From positions 1-41,798 of the forward strand of contig JAKQAH010000035.1 of assembly GCA_029568545.1 (NCBI GenBank): a DNA stretch of 41,798 nucleotides, given 5' to 3'. The translations under genes were made by a program, and so were the position numbers. Each line of letters opens with the position of its first letter. The stretch's first letter is position 1. Of the stretch, positions 7,131 to 15,566 are shown one piece after another. The DNA is from Candidatus Omnitrophota bacterium (lineage in GTDB: Bacteria; Omnitrophota; Gorgyraeia; Zapsychrales; Zapsychraceae). The notes under the pieces were generated by a model. It had not been told where the DNA came from and did not search any database. It was given only the letters and a program-made list of their open reading frames with translations.

Positions 7131-9266
7131 TTAATCTTTTTTGCGCATCGTTAACGCGATCCGCCGGCGCTTGGGGTCGATCTCCAAGACCCTGACATTG
7201 ACTTTTTGATGCACTTTGACGACCTCATGCGGATCCTTGATGTACCGGTCGGAAAGCTGGCTGATATGTACAAGCCCGTCTTGATGAACGCCGACGTCCA
7301 CAAAAGCCCCGAACGCCGTCACATTGGTGACCACGCCAGGCAGCGCCATGCCGACGCTGAGATCCTCCATCGTCATGACCCCTTCTTTAAAGCTAAAGAT
7401 CTGAAACGGCGGGCGCGGGTCCCGTCCCGGCTTGGCAAGTTCGTCTTGGATATCGATCAACGTCGGCAGGCCGACGTGTTCCGTCACATATTTTTTCAGG
7501 TCGATCTGCTTGCGCAATTGCTCCTTGGCCATCAGCTCTTCGACCGAACATCCGAGATCTTTGAGCATGCGATGAATAATCGGATACGATTCCGGATGCA
7601 CGGCGCTCGCATCCAAGGGGTTCTTCCCGTCGCGAATCCTAAGGAATCCGGCCGCTTGTTCAAAGGCTTTCGGGCCGAGCCCCGGAACCTCGCGGATCTG
7701 TTCGCGCGAAACAAACGGCCCCTTGCCATTGCGGAAATCAATGATGGCCTGGGCCCGCGCGGGCCCCAGCCCGGACACATAGGTCAGCAATTGCTTGCTC
7801 GCCGTGTTCACCTCGACGCCGACCTGATTGACGCAGCTGATGACAACATCATCCAGGCTCCGCTTCAAAAGATTCTGGTCAACATCATGCTGGTATTGGC
7901 CGACGCCGATCGATTTGGGATCGATCTTAACGAGTTCCGCTAGGGGATCCATGAGCCGCCGGCCGATCGAAACAGACCCGCGGACCGTCACATCGTGATC
8001 AGGGAACTCTTCCCGGGCAACATCAGAAGCCGAATAAATGGACGCCCCGCTCTCATTGACAACCACGGCCTGAATCTCTTTCGGCAGGCCGATGCTGCGG
8101 ATAAATTGGTCCGTTTCCCGGCTGGCCGTACCGTTGCCGATCGCAATGACCTTGATCGAGAATTTCTTGCAAAGACTTTTAATCGTCTGCGCCGCATCTT
8201 CCCTCGCTCCCTCCGACTGGGCAAGATAGATCGTGTCGTTGGCAACAAGCTTTCCCTGGCTGTCCAGGCAAACCACCTTGCATCCCGTCCGCAGACCCGG
8301 ATCGATCGCTAAGACATTCGTCTGCCCCAGCGGCGGCGCCATGAGCAGCTCGCGCAAATTACTGTTAAAAACTCTAATCGCTTCCTGGTCCGCCCTTTTC
8401 TTGAGTTCCAGACGGATCTCGGTTTCCAGCGACAAAGATAAAAGCCTTTTGTAGCTGTCATGAACGGCCACCCCAACTTGCTGAGAGTCCGCATTCTTTG
8501 ATTTGACAAACGCCGATTCCAAGATCGCGATCGCGTCGTCTTCCGGCGGCAAAATCCGCACAATGAGGAACTCTTCTTTCTCGCCACGGCGCACCGCCAG
8601 GATCCGATGCGACGGCGCGCTGCGCGCCAGCTCCTCCCATTGGAAATAATCCTTGAATTTGATGCCTTCCTCTTCCTTGCCGCGGATAACGCGGGATGTG
8701 ATCACCGCTTTGTCATAGAACAATTTGCGCAACTGGGCCCGGGCATTCGCGTCCTCATTGATCCATTCGGCGATAATGTCGCGCGCGCCGGCCAATGCCT
8801 CGTCGGTCGATTCGACCTTTTTCTCGGCATTGACGAACTGGACCGCTTCCCTCTCGGGATCGATGCCGGTCTGGTCAAAGATCATTTTGGCCAGCGGCTC
8901 CAGCCCTTTTTCTTTGGCGACCGTCGCTTTAGTGCGTCGCTTAGGTTTAAAGGGAAGATAGATATCCTCGAGGACCGCCATGGTCTGGGCGGCCAGGATC
9001 TTTTCTTTCAATTCATCGGTGAGCTTGCCTTGTTCCTGAATGGAGCTAAGGACCGTCGCGCGGCGCTTGTCTAATTCCCGCAGCTGCCCCACGCGGTCGC
9101 GGATGTTGGTGATGGCGACTTCGTCGAGATTGCCCGTGACCTCCTTGCGGTAGCGGGCGATGAACGGAACGGTCGAGCCGTCGTCGAGCAAACGGATCGT
9201 GTCCGCAACCTGTTCGGCATGCAGCTTTAATTCTTGGGCAATCTTGGCATCGTAATTCCTATCCAT
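7131..9266 (-). CDS. tex: Tex-family RNA-binding transcriptional accessory protein
   Basis: TVPFIARYRKE, DPGLRTGCK, GVGQYQHDV, C-terminal S1 domain. Confidence 0.96.
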   Translation of the reverse strand: MDRNYDAKIAQELKLHAEQVADTIRLLDDGSTVPFIARYRKEVTGNLDEVAITNIRDRVGQLRELDKRRATVLSSIQEQGKLTDELKEKILAAQTMAVLEDIYLPFKPKRRTKATVAKEKGLEPLAKMIFDQTGIDPEREAVQFVNAEKKVESTDEALAGARDIIAEWINEDANARAQLRKLFYDKAVITSRVIRGKEEEGIKFKDYFQWEELARSAPSHRILAVRRGEKEEFLIVRILPPEDDAIAILESAFVKSKNADSQQVGVAVHDSYKRLLSLSLETEIRLELKKRADQEAIRVFNSNLRELLMAPPLGQTNVLAIDPGLRTGCKVVCLDSQGKLVANDTIYLAQSEGAREDAAQTIKSLCKKFSIKVIAIGNGTASRETDQFIRSIGLPKEIQAVVVNESGASIYSASDVAREEFPDHDVTVRGSVSIGRRLMDPLAELVKIDPKSIGVGQYQHDVDQNLLKRSLDDVVISCVNQVGVEVNTASKQLLTYVSGLGPARAQAIIDFRNGKGPFVSREQIREVPGLGPKAFEQAAGFLRIRDGKNPLDASAVHPESYPIIHRMLKDLGCSVEELMAKEQLRKQIDLKKYVTEHVGLPTLIDIQDELAKPGRDPRPPFQIFSFKEGVMTMEDLSVGMALPGVVTNVTAFGAFVDVGVHQDGLVHISQLSDRYIKDPHEVVKVHQKVNVRVLEIDPKRRRIALTMRKKD

Positions 9267-9314
9267 AGATTGCTATTATAACGAGAAACCCATTTTCCGC
9301 ACCTGTTTTTAGAC

Positions 9315-9348
9315 AAAAAAAGGAACCGTCCTCAGGGACTGTTCCTTT
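9315..9348 (-). terminator. Intrinsic terminator after the pilin operon
   Basis: AGGAACAGTCC-CTGA-GGACGGTTCCT followed by a T run. Confidence 0.7.
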
Positions 9349-9375
9349 CACGCATTACCCATTCAAAAAAAGTTC

Positions 9376-10923
9376 TTACGGATTATCGATTTTTTGCCAG
9401 GAAACAACTTTGATCAAGTTCACGGGATCGCCGCCGATCATCCCGGGAGGAAGATTTTTAGCAGCCTTCGGGACCTGATAAATACTCGGAACTTGGTCCG
9501 TAATATTGAAATGATTGGCAACAATGGTTCCCATCAGGTCAGTTTGTTTGGCCGTACGCACTTCTCCTTCGGCATAAAACAGGCCCATCACATCCCGTTG
9601 AGCGCTGTTTCCCACATTGATATTCTTCGGGGTCATAATTCCCAGTATATTGGTCGGAAAGGAGTTATTGCCGGCCGTATATAAATTAACATCTATGGTC
9701 GCATTCCCGGTCACCAGGATCGACCCTGTGCCTGTGTAATTAATAGTTCCTCCAGTCAGAGACAAATTGTTATTGCTCTGAACATAAATCATCCCCTTGA
9801 CGGTCATATTTCCCGCGCCGTCCATCGTGACACAATTCGTGGCACAATCCCCTAAGGTAAAACTTGATGCGGGAGTTACAGCCGCCAGCTCATTCGTTAA
9901 GACAAGCCCGTTGTCCGCGAAATATTCATAATAATCCTTACTGGGATCATCCGGATAGGGATCGCTCAAACTTGGGAATGTGACAGCATCGCCGAGATCA
10001 TAGGCATTGGAAAAACCGTTATCGGAATAAACGTTACCGGACCCTTGATTTCCGTTATATCCATCCGTGACAAAAACCCCATCGACCTTTTCTTTCGTGG
10101 TGTTGCCAACGACATTGGGTTCCCCCACTGATGAAGAACCGCTTAATCCCACAAGGCCTCTTTTAACGCGAAGTTCCGCATTTAAAGTCTCCACCCCCAG
10201 ATCAACACCAACATCTGTCGTCGGAAGCGCCGGCACCTTTGCTCTAAGCAGAGGGTCTAAACCAGTATAATTGTTGCGAACAAGCTCTGCCGTCCCTCCC
10301 AGATCGATGGCATTATCCCCCGGATCAAGGCCATCCCCCAGGATATGGACCGATCCGCTCACATTGACATTCCCGTTCACCCAGCCGCCGGAAGAGCCGG
10401 AACCTCCGAAAATCGCGTTATCCCACGGAGAGAGGCTGACAATACGGACATAAACACGAACAGTCTGTCTGATGCTGCCCACCATTCCTGTCGACCGGAT
10501 CCAGATATCGTCCGATCCCGAACTTTTCAGACTAATTGAATAAGAACCATCCCCAAGAACTGTCGATGGATAAGCATTATTAGCGGCATCTGACGCATCA
10601 GGGAAAGGAAAATACCCGTTCGCATCGGTATCGGTCGAATCATATGTCCATCCGTTAATCTCGTCGTCAGACCAGTCTTCATCGGCCGAAAAGTCCTTTT
10701 TAAGATTATAGATCATCCGTTCAACGCCGGCTTCGGCCAAATAAAATGCTTGCGTGATTTTCCGTTGGGACTCCGCCGCCCTCCCCTCATTGGAACTTGC
10801 AATCAAAAAGGCCGTTCCCAGAAGCAACAATACCGTGATCAATAAGTAGGTGGTCAACAGAACGCTGCCTTTTTCATTCGCTATTCTCAAAAGAAATGTT
10901 ATCTTGCGACCCATCGTCATCAT
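9376..10923 (-). CDS. PilX-like type IV pilus assembly/tip protein
   Basis: NEKG^SVLL hydrophobic helix, QAFYLAEAGVE, Gly/Asn-rich beta-type C-terminus. Confidence 0.8.
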   Translation of the reverse strand: MMTMGRKITFLLRIANEKGSVLLTTYLLITVLLLLGTAFLIASSNEGRAAESQRKITQAFYLAEAGVERMIYNLKKDFSADEDWSDDEINGWTYDSTDTDANGYFPFPDASDAANNAYPSTVLGDGSYSISLKSSGSDDIWIRSTGMVGSIRQTVRVYVRIVSLSPWDNAIFGGSGSSGGWVNGNVNVSGSVHILGDGLDPGDNAIDLGGTAELVRNNYTGLDPLLRAKVPALPTTDVGVDLGVETLNAELRVKRGLVGLSGSSSVGEPNVVGNTTKEKVDGVFVTDGYNGNQGSGNVYSDNGFSNAYDLGDAVTFPSLSDPYPDDPSKDYYEYFADNGLVLTNELAAVTPASSFTLGDCATNCVTMDGAGNMTVKGMIYVQSNNNLSLTGGTINYTGTGSILVTGNATIDVNLYTAGNNSFPTNILGIMTPKNINVGNSAQRDVMGLFYAEGEVRTAKQTDLMGTIVANHFNITDQVPSIYQVPKAAKNLPPGMIGGDPVNLIKVVSWQKIDNP

Positions 10924-10924
10924 T

Positions 10925-11485
10925 TTAGTTCCTCATCTGGATCTCAAAGGTGAGATCTGCGGTGATCGAAGTCCCTTTTATCGTGTTTTTTTGAGCCTGA
11001 AGAGCGACTTCGATTATGTCAGGAGATCCCGGTTGTCGCGTAAAACCTAATGTCGTGATATTCTGGGCAATCACTTTTGTTGTCCCGCCTTCGATCCTTT
11101 GAAGCTGATCGCCATCCGTTCCGCCGAGCACAAACCGTGTCGTATTTGCGCTCCAGGTAATGACGTTCCCGGAAACGCCGCTGGGCAAATAAAAAGTGAT
11201 GGACGTATATGCCGTTCCATTCGCGCTTGTGGGCCCAACCGTTATGGCGCTCGGAGATGTCTCCCGCAGATCATCTTTCATCCAATCCATCGCCTTGCGC
11301 AGCTCCTGCTGCAATTCCACTTGAACGCTGTTGACCTGCCAGGAGGATTCTCCCACCAGCAGCACCGTGTTGATCGCCCCGGCAAGAACGGCAAAGATCA
11401 ATACGGTGACCAAAACTTCAATGAGCGTATAACCCCGATTATTTTTTCCGCTCACCCGTCGCTGATCGATCATTGTCATATGCAT
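10925..11485 (-). CDS. Prepilin-type N-terminal methylation protein (PilW-like)
   Basis: RG^YTLIEVLV class III signal. Confidence 0.88.
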   Translation of the reverse strand: MHMTMIDQRRVSGKNNRGYTLIEVLVTVLIFAVLAGAINTVLLVGESSWQVNSVQVELQQELRKAMDWMKDDLRETSPSAITVGPTSANGTAYTSITFYLPSGVSGNVITWSANTTRFVLGGTDGDQLQRIEGGTTKVIAQNITTLGFTRQPGSPDIIEVALQAQKNTIKGTSITADLTFEIQMRN

Positions 11486-11515
11486 AAAACCTTTGCGAAG
11501 TAATACTCCTGAATC

Positions 11516-11992
11516 TTATCGTTTTGCGATCAGACTGATAACGGTGGCGATCGAGAAAAGATCGCCCTCCGCATCTACCGTCTCCCCGGAACCGACTGCG
11601 CCGTCCAGATCAAAGTCCCCGCCTATGATCCGGCCGTATTTATCTTCCCAGCTGGCGACGATCTTGATCCGCAACAGATCAGCATCGCCTGCCGTAAACT
11701 CGTCAATATAAATAACGCCCATGCCGTTCGTCTGGCTCAACGCGAAGGTATGGCCCGGCGTGCCGCCTGAAGCATAATCCGTCGCGATGGAATCGTAATC
11801 GTAATTGCGGATCTCTTCCATTTTTCCCTGAAGCTCGCTCATAACCAGCGTTTTATTCTGAGACAGTTCGGAAAGCGCGGAACAGCGGATGAAGACCTGG
11901 ATCAACCCGACCAGCGTAAACCCCAATATCAGGACCGCCAACAGAAGTTCAACCAGCGTAAACCCCGCAAAATTCCAAGAATTTTTTTTCAT
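11516..11992 (-). CDS. Prepilin-type N-terminal methylation protein (PilV-like)
   Basis: AG^FTLVELLLAV; start at 11992 (MKKNS) or 12019. Confidence 0.88.
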   Translation of the reverse strand: MKKNSWNFAGFTLVELLLAVLILGFTLVGLIQVFIRCSALSELSQNKTLVMSELQGKMEEIRNYDYDSIATDYASGGTPGHTFALSQTNGMGVIYIDEFTAGDADLLRIKIVASWEDKYGRIIGGDFDLDGAVGSGETVDAEGDLFSIATVISLIAKR

Positions 11993-12105
11993 ACGATTTG
12001 CCTTGTGAAGATACAGCACTGATTGAATAGTATTATACTCTATTCCAAACTCGCCATAAAAGAGAATATCAATTATTTTGCGCCCCTTCTTGCCAAAACG
12101 ATCAC

Positions 12106-12138
12106 AAAAAAACCCATCTCAACGAAAAAGATGGGTTC
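12106..12138 (-). terminator. Riboswitch expression-platform terminator
   Basis: AACCCATCT-TTTTCGTTG-AGATGGGTT followed by TTTTT. Confidence 0.8.
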
Positions 12139-12153
12139 TGATCGGTCCCTGGC

Positions 12154-12324
12154 TTGATCCGGCAACTGGCTGCCCTGGCTTTCAGGGCCCTATAGCTTTG
12201 CCACGGCGCCGCTACATACTAATAGCGTTTGACTCCGCCGAGCCCGACGCAGTTCCCAAACGAAAGTTTTGGAACGAAGTCGGGGTCCTCACCTTGCGAT
12301 GAGTTTGCCTTTTTCGTTGATCAA
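12154..12324 (-). promoter_or_regulatory. c-di-GMP-I (GEMM) riboswitch aptamer with an 83-nt internal insertion
   Basis: GGCAAAC-TCATC-GCAA-GGTGAG-GAC [insert 12284-12202] GCAAAGCTATAGG-GCCCTG-AAAGC-CAGGGC-AGCCAGTTGCCG; P1 TTGATC/GATCAA; terminator follows; upstream of pilin genes. Confidence 0.82.
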
Positions 12325-12338
12325 TCTTGTCTATTAAA

Positions 12339-12367
12339 AGTGTAAAACACAAAAAGATAAATAGCAA
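12339..12367 (-). promoter_or_regulatory. Putative sigma-70 promoter for the riboswitch/pilin leader
   Basis: TTGCTA-N17-TACACT immediately upstream of P1. Confidence 0.6.
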
Positions 12368-12368
12368 A

Positions 12369-13217
12369 TCAGTTGGCGGGAACCAAAATTTGCTTGGGGA
12401 AACTTTCTGTTACGGCTCCGCTTCCGACGCTGGTTGGCCCCTGATCGTTCGGCGTTCCCCCGAGAGCTGACGGCACATTGCTGGCGGTAACCGCCCCATC
12501 CTTTCCGACAGGTTGGCCGTATTCATCATAATAAAATTCAGCGACCAGTTTCCCGTTTTGATCGTAGGATTTTCTAAACCCAACAGGGTCTTTGACCGTG
12601 AAATACCATTCATATTTCAGTTTTCCGTCACGGAAATAAACCTTGCCGATCCCCGCCTCCTTGGTCTCTGATCCCTGCCGGGCATCGGTATAATCCTCGG
12701 CCATCCGCACCGTTCCGTCATAATAATATTCCGTACTGGTCAAGATCTTGCCGGATTGATACTGCGCTTCCTGCTTTAAAACGCCATCGCTGTAAAATAC
12801 CTTGGCGGGACCTTCCCGCTTCTGGTTCCGGTAATATTCCACGCCGTACGTCTCGTTAGATTCGTTGATAAACTTCACTTTTCCATCGGGGATTTGCCCT
12901 TCCTGATCATACGTCACCCCTTGGGAAAACTTATTCTGAGCGATCTCCACCCCATCCTGATAAAACATGTTGATTTCATATTTTCGGTCGGGAGACAAGC
13001 GGGTCTTCCGGATGACTTCCTTGCCGGCAACGACTTTGGGCCGTTCTTTTTGCGGAGAAACCTGCGCAACTTTTTCGGCAACAGGAACCGGCGCCGATGT
13101 GATCTGTCTGGTCTGTTCCTGGAGCCAGCGGTTCGCCATAACGATGCCGATGACCATCACCGCGACGATCACAATCGCCAGAAGCCCGACATGATTTCTA
13201 GAAGTTGCATTGGCCAT
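12369..13217 (-). CDS. Membrane-anchored MORN-variant repeat (YwqK-like) protein
   Basis: N-terminal TM helix; repeats such as GPAKVFYSDGVLKQE, EYYYDGTVRM, KVYFRDGKLKYE. Confidence 0.75.
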   Translation of the reverse strand: MANATSRNHVGLLAIVIVAVMVIGIVMANRWLQEQTRQITSAPVPVAEKVAQVSPQKERPKVVAGKEVIRKTRLSPDRKYEINMFYQDGVEIAQNKFSQGVTYDQEGQIPDGKVKFINESNETYGVEYYRNQKREGPAKVFYSDGVLKQEAQYQSGKILTSTEYYYDGTVRMAEDYTDARQGSETKEAGIGKVYFRDGKLKYEWYFTVKDPVGFRKSYDQNGKLVAEFYYDEYGQPVGKDGAVTASNVPSALGGTPNDQGPTSVGSGAVTESFPKQILVPAN

Positions 13218-13296
13218 GGGTTTTTTATGAAATGCTTCAAACAGCCTTTCATAGAAAGTCTACCACCGAATCCTTTTTTTCAAAAGCAAATATGCA

Positions 13297-13347
13297 TAAA
13301 AAAGGCGCCCCGCTCACAAGAACATTCTTGCGCCGAGTCGCCTTTTT
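13297..13347 (-). terminator. Long-stem terminator downstream of tRNA-Ser
   Basis: AAAAAGGCG..GCAAGAA-TG-TTCTTGT..CGCCTTTTTTT; two further hairpins at 13361-13393 and 13407-13429. Confidence 0.6.
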
Positions 13348-13440
13348 AAATGAGTACGGCATTTGGTTTTCTCTAAATCAAGGAAAACCAAATACCATTT
13401 AAACTCAGGCGCGTTCTATGAACGCGCCTTCGTATCTAAA

Positions 13441-13527
13441 CGGAGAGGCCGGGATTCGAACCCGAGGTCCCGTTACCAGGACAACTGCTTAGCAGGCAGT
13501 TGCGTTCAGCCACTCCGCCACCTCTCC
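13441..13527 (-). tRNA. tRNA-Ser(GCT), CCA not encoded
   Basis: GGAGAGGTGGCGGAGTGG..ACTGC-CTGCTAA-GCAGT, long variable arm, GGTTCGAATCC, G73. Confidence 0.96.
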
Positions 13528-13812
13528 ACAATATAAAAAACTATCTATCAAGGATCAAGAAAAGAGAGGTGGCTGTTAGGCTTACCATAATTTTTATTCA
13601 GAAAAAGCCGTCGCCATCTCTACACCGCAAAGCAAATTAACCCAAGGATCCGAGAGAAAGAGAGGCGACTTTTAAGGTTACTATAAACGCCCTTCGAAAA
13701 ACCGGCGCCACCTCTTCCCTGTTTGCGGAGCAAAATACAATGAGAACGCTCCTTTATACCAGACTTTTCAGGACGTGTAAAGACAGAAGTACATTTACAT
13801 CTGTGAAGGATG

Positions 13813-14331
13813 TTACGAGGGTTTGAAGTGCCCGTGGAAGCGGGCCGAGGATCTCTCCGCATCTCTGATATGCAATTGATGCTTATCGAGAAATTCTATG
13901 TCGATAGCTTTCATGTTCTGCAGCTGATGCGCGCTGCCGTCGGGTAGCTTAAAATACTCTTCCAGCCTTTTCTCAGAAACTCCCCGGACAAACTTTCTCC
14001 GGGTCTTTTTGCCAAAACGCACCTTGTTATAAAAACTCCATCCCCGGATCATGAACACAATAAAAATAATGACCGAGATATAAACGAATTTCAACTCCTG
14101 GAGGCCGATGAGACCGCCCAGGTCGACCATGTGGCGGAAAAACACGCGGAAGCTGACCAACCACAACAGGATGATCAAGAGCGGCCGGCAAAGAAAAATC
14201 CAGATCGCCCAGCCGAGGGTCGTTAAACTGAACTCGATACGCCGGCGGGTTACTTTCAAGGCTTCCGGCCTATTGATGATCAGGTCATCAAATTTCCGTC
14301 TTTTTCGTAACTCTTTTTCCCATTTTTCCAT
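13813..14331 (-). CDS. pgaD: PNAG biosynthesis protein PgaD
   Basis: LIIN..TTLGWAIW, two TM helices, WSFYNKVRF; follows pgaC. Start set at MEKWEK. Confidence 0.88.
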   Translation of the reverse strand: MEKWEKELRKRRKFDDLIINRPEALKVTRRRIEFSLTTLGWAIWIFLCRPLLIILLWLVSFRVFFRHMVDLGGLIGLQELKFVYISVIIFIVFMIRGWSFYNKVRFGKKTRRKFVRGVSEKRLEEYFKLPDGSAHQLQNMKAIDIEFLDKHQLHIRDAERSSARFHGHFKPS

Positions 14332-14342
14332 TTTACATTCCT

Positions 14343-15566
14343 CTAAAATCCCCGGTCCGGGCTCTCCCAAACGGCAGGAGTCCCTTTCTTTTTCAAGAGC
14401 GCCTTCGGCAGCCCGATGATCGTAACGGCAGCGTTCAAGATCCAATAAACACCGGGATACCAGATCAACCAGAAGAACATCTTGGTGATCCCTTTCTCGA
14501 ATCGGCTGTCAATGAGAAGCCCAATCAAGACCTGGCAAAGGCAAACGATCGCCAGAATAACACCCGTCCATCCGGGAAAAATGCTCCGGACTTCAATCCC
14601 GGGCGGCAAATCGATGATTTTATCAAGAAAAAACATCACGATGGTCAGCGTAAAAAGATACGCCCATAAGACGCTCAAAACATATTCGAAATAGATCGGC
14701 CAAATCCGCCGTTGCGCCCAATCCAGCATGGACCGGCCGTATTTTCGCAGAACTTCGCTTCCTCCCTGCGCCCAGCGCAATCGCTGGCGCCAGAGCCCTC
14801 GGACCGTCTCCGGCATCAGGATCCAGCATAAAGCGCGCGGCTCATAGCGGATATCCCAAAACTTCAGCTGCAGTTTCCAGCTGATATCGATATCCTCGGT
14901 CACCATATCGTTGCTCCAAAATCCGACGGACATCAGGGCCGACTTGCGGAACGCCGCGATAACGCCCGAGACCGTGTAAATCTTCCCGATAATGCGCTGC
15001 GTGCGCTTGATCATCCCGACGATCGATGAAAATTCTCCCACCTGGATCTTCCCGACTATGCTGGTGCGGTTGCGCACGCGCGGATTCCCGGTGATCGCGC
15101 CGACCCTCGGGAAGTTCAGGAAATGCCACATGAAAAACTTGATCGCTTTCGCATCCAATAGCGCATCGGCGTCGATGCAGACCAAATATTCCCCTTTGGC
15201 CGCCATCGAGGCCATCGTTAGCCCCATGCCTTTGCCCTGATTGGTCGTCATATTGATGACGCGCATGTGCGGGCGCGTTCTCTGCAGGCCTTTCAAAAGA
15301 TGCAAGGTCTTATCGGTCGACGCATCATTGATCGCAATGATCTCGAGATTCCTGTATTCCTGCTTGTCCAGATACTCGATGGTCTGAATGATGCACTCTT
15401 CCTCGTTGTGGCAGGGAATGAGAATGGACACCAGCGGCTCTTCCGGCAAGACTTCAGGATAATTTTGCCGCTCGCGGAAAAAATGATAGCAGAACCCGCC
15501 GGTCATCAGGACAAACGCCATGAAGAGCGGATAATAGAACACAAAGCTGTAAATAAACTGCATCAT
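14343..15566 (-). CDS. pgaC: Poly-beta-1,6-GlcNAc synthase PgaC (GT2)
   Basis: PCHNEE, DAD, TEDIDISW, QRLRWAQGG. Confidence 0.96.
   Translation of the reverse strand: MMQFIYSFVFYYPLFMAFVLMTGGFCYHFFRERQNYPEVLPEEPLVSILIPCHNEEECIIQTIEYLDKQEYRNLEIIAINDASTDKTLHLLKGLQRTRPHMRVINMTTNQGKGMGLTMASMAAKGEYLVCIDADALLDAKAIKFFMWHFLNFPRVGAITGNPRVRNRTSIVGKIQVGEFSSIVGMIKRTQRIIGKIYTVSGVIAAFRKSALMSVGFWSNDMVTEDIDISWKLQLKFWDIRYEPRALCWILMPETVRGLWRQRLRWAQGGSEVLRKYGRSMLDWAQRRIWPIYFEYVLSVLWAYLFTLTIVMFFLDKIIDLPPGIEVRSIFPGWTGVILAIVCLCQVLIGLLIDSRFEKGITKMFFWLIWYPGVYWILNAAVTIIGLPKALLKKKGTPAVWESPDRGF

Noticed and set aside
12078-12302. 74-aa plus-strand ORF
   Set aside because: Antisense to the riboswitch and terminator; no coding features.
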